This document shows positions 63,460 through 64,000 of a stretch of 64,000 nt of DNA, one piece after another. Positions within the stretch are counted from its first letter, which is position 1, and each line of letters begins with the position of its first letter. The translations under genes were made by a program, and so were the position numbers. The stretch comes from Candidatus Nomurabacteria bacterium RIFCSPHIGHO2_01_FULL_37_25 (GTDB lineage: Bacteria; Patescibacteriota; Minisyncoccia; Phycocordibacterales; UBA9973), in NCBI GenBank assembly GCA_001786765.1, contig MFTH01000016.1, positions 21,666-85,665 of the forward strand. Reading direction: 5' to 3'. A model generated the notes under the pieces. It was not told the origin of the DNA, made no database searches, and saw only the letters and a program-made list of their open reading frames with translations.

Positions 63460-64000
63460 ATGGATGACCCATTTTTACCTAAAGAACCGATTAATTTTAA
63501 GAAAAATTTACAGAAATTTATTTTTTTGTCGTCTAAAAATAGTTATTATTTTTTGAGTTTGGTTTTATTTTTTTTATTATTTTTTTACTTTTTTTTTAGC
63601 GCGCCGGCAAATTTTGTATCCGGCGCGAAAGTTAGAATAGAACAAAAATCAACTTTAAGAGATGTGTCATTTGAGTTAAAAAAAGAAAAAATAATTCGTT
63701 CCAGAATTGTTTTTGAATTTTTTGTCATACTTTTTGGCGGTGAGAAAAATATAAAATATTCTTATTATTTATTTGAAAAAAAAATACCTGTTTACGAAGT
63801 TGCGAGGCGTATCGCGAATGGCGAAAACAATATGCCAATCGTTATGGTGACTATACCCGAGGGTTTTAATTTGGTTAAAATCGCCGACGTTTTTTCTGAA
63901 AAATTAACAGAGTTTGATAAGGATAAATTTCTAATAAATACAAAAGGCAGAGAAGGCTTTCTTTTTCCAGATACTTATGTTTTCTCAAACATAGATAATG
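63460..64000 (+). CDS. mltG: endolytic murein transglycosylase MltG/YceG, N-terminal part (runs off window end)
   Basis: TM anchor, then VMVTIPEGFNLVKIADVF and the EGFLFPDTY hallmark. Not in the ORF track because it has no stop in the window. Confidence 0.6.
   Translation, partial: MDDPFLPKEPINFKKNLQKFIFLSSKNSYYFLSLVLFFLLFFYFFFSAPANFVSGAKVRIEQKSTLRDVSFELKKEKIIRSRIVFEFFVILFGGEKNIKYSYYLFEKKIPVYEVARRIANGENNMPIVMVTIPEGFNLVKIADVFSEKLTEFDKDKFLINTKGREGFLFPDTYVFSNIDN

Noticed and set aside
1-64000. CRISPR array, integrase/transposase, prophage structural genes
   Set aside because: No regularly spaced direct repeats with unique spacers. No recombinase- or transposase-like ORF. The repeat families found are inverted-repeat/hairpin based and irregularly spaced.

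Overview
This is an AT-rich chromosomal segment (about 35% GC by eye) with a compact, mostly housekeeping gene set. Gene order, shortened proteins (RpoB 1075 aa, RpoC 1216 aa, ProS without an editing domain, a GlmU-type nucleotidyltransferase without the acetyltransferase half), weak Shine-Dalgarno usage and leaderless extended -10 promoters all fit a Candidate Phyla Radiation / Patescibacteria-like bacterium. Recognisable content: valS(partial)-tsaD-tRNA-Val, gdhA, UDG family 4, trxB, ftsA-ftsZ, ybeY-rpsU, greA, lysS, the dcw block mraZ-rsmH-ftsL-ftsI-murF, rmuC, obg, gatB, fba, rpsP-KH-trmD, rpoB-rpoC, dnaG-rpoD, a DsbA/DUF378/GT2/VIT1 envelope cluster, rpsB-tsf, proS, mreB-mreC, typA and mltG(partial). 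There are five tRNAs (Val-GAC, Glu-UUC, Ser-CGA, Glu-CUC, Thr-UGU) and an RNase P RNA. I see no CRISPR array and no transposase or integrase ORF. The unusual signal is structural and repeat-based: (i) a six-copy intergenic family with a conserved ~63-nt core embedded in copy-specific, perfectly complementary stems that show compensatory changes; (ii) short GC-rich hairpin elements inserted in-frame inside housekeeping genes (rsmH, trxB, tsaD, murF), one family having a second copy in an intergenic spacer; (iii) a two-copy TIR-bounded element abutting the start codons of murF and dnaG; (iv) a shared two-hairpin leader that could alternately sequester or expose the start codons of ftsL and rpoD; (v) tandem CCCGAC/GTCGGG hairpins at three dcw intergenic sites. 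In addition, a MazF/PemK-like toxin gene sits between rpoB and rpoC, a HEPN-motif gene sits between two tRNAs, and several GC-rich islets carry canonical Shine-Dalgarno sequences and look foreign. All coordinates were counted by hand from the printed sequence and may be off by 1-2 nt.
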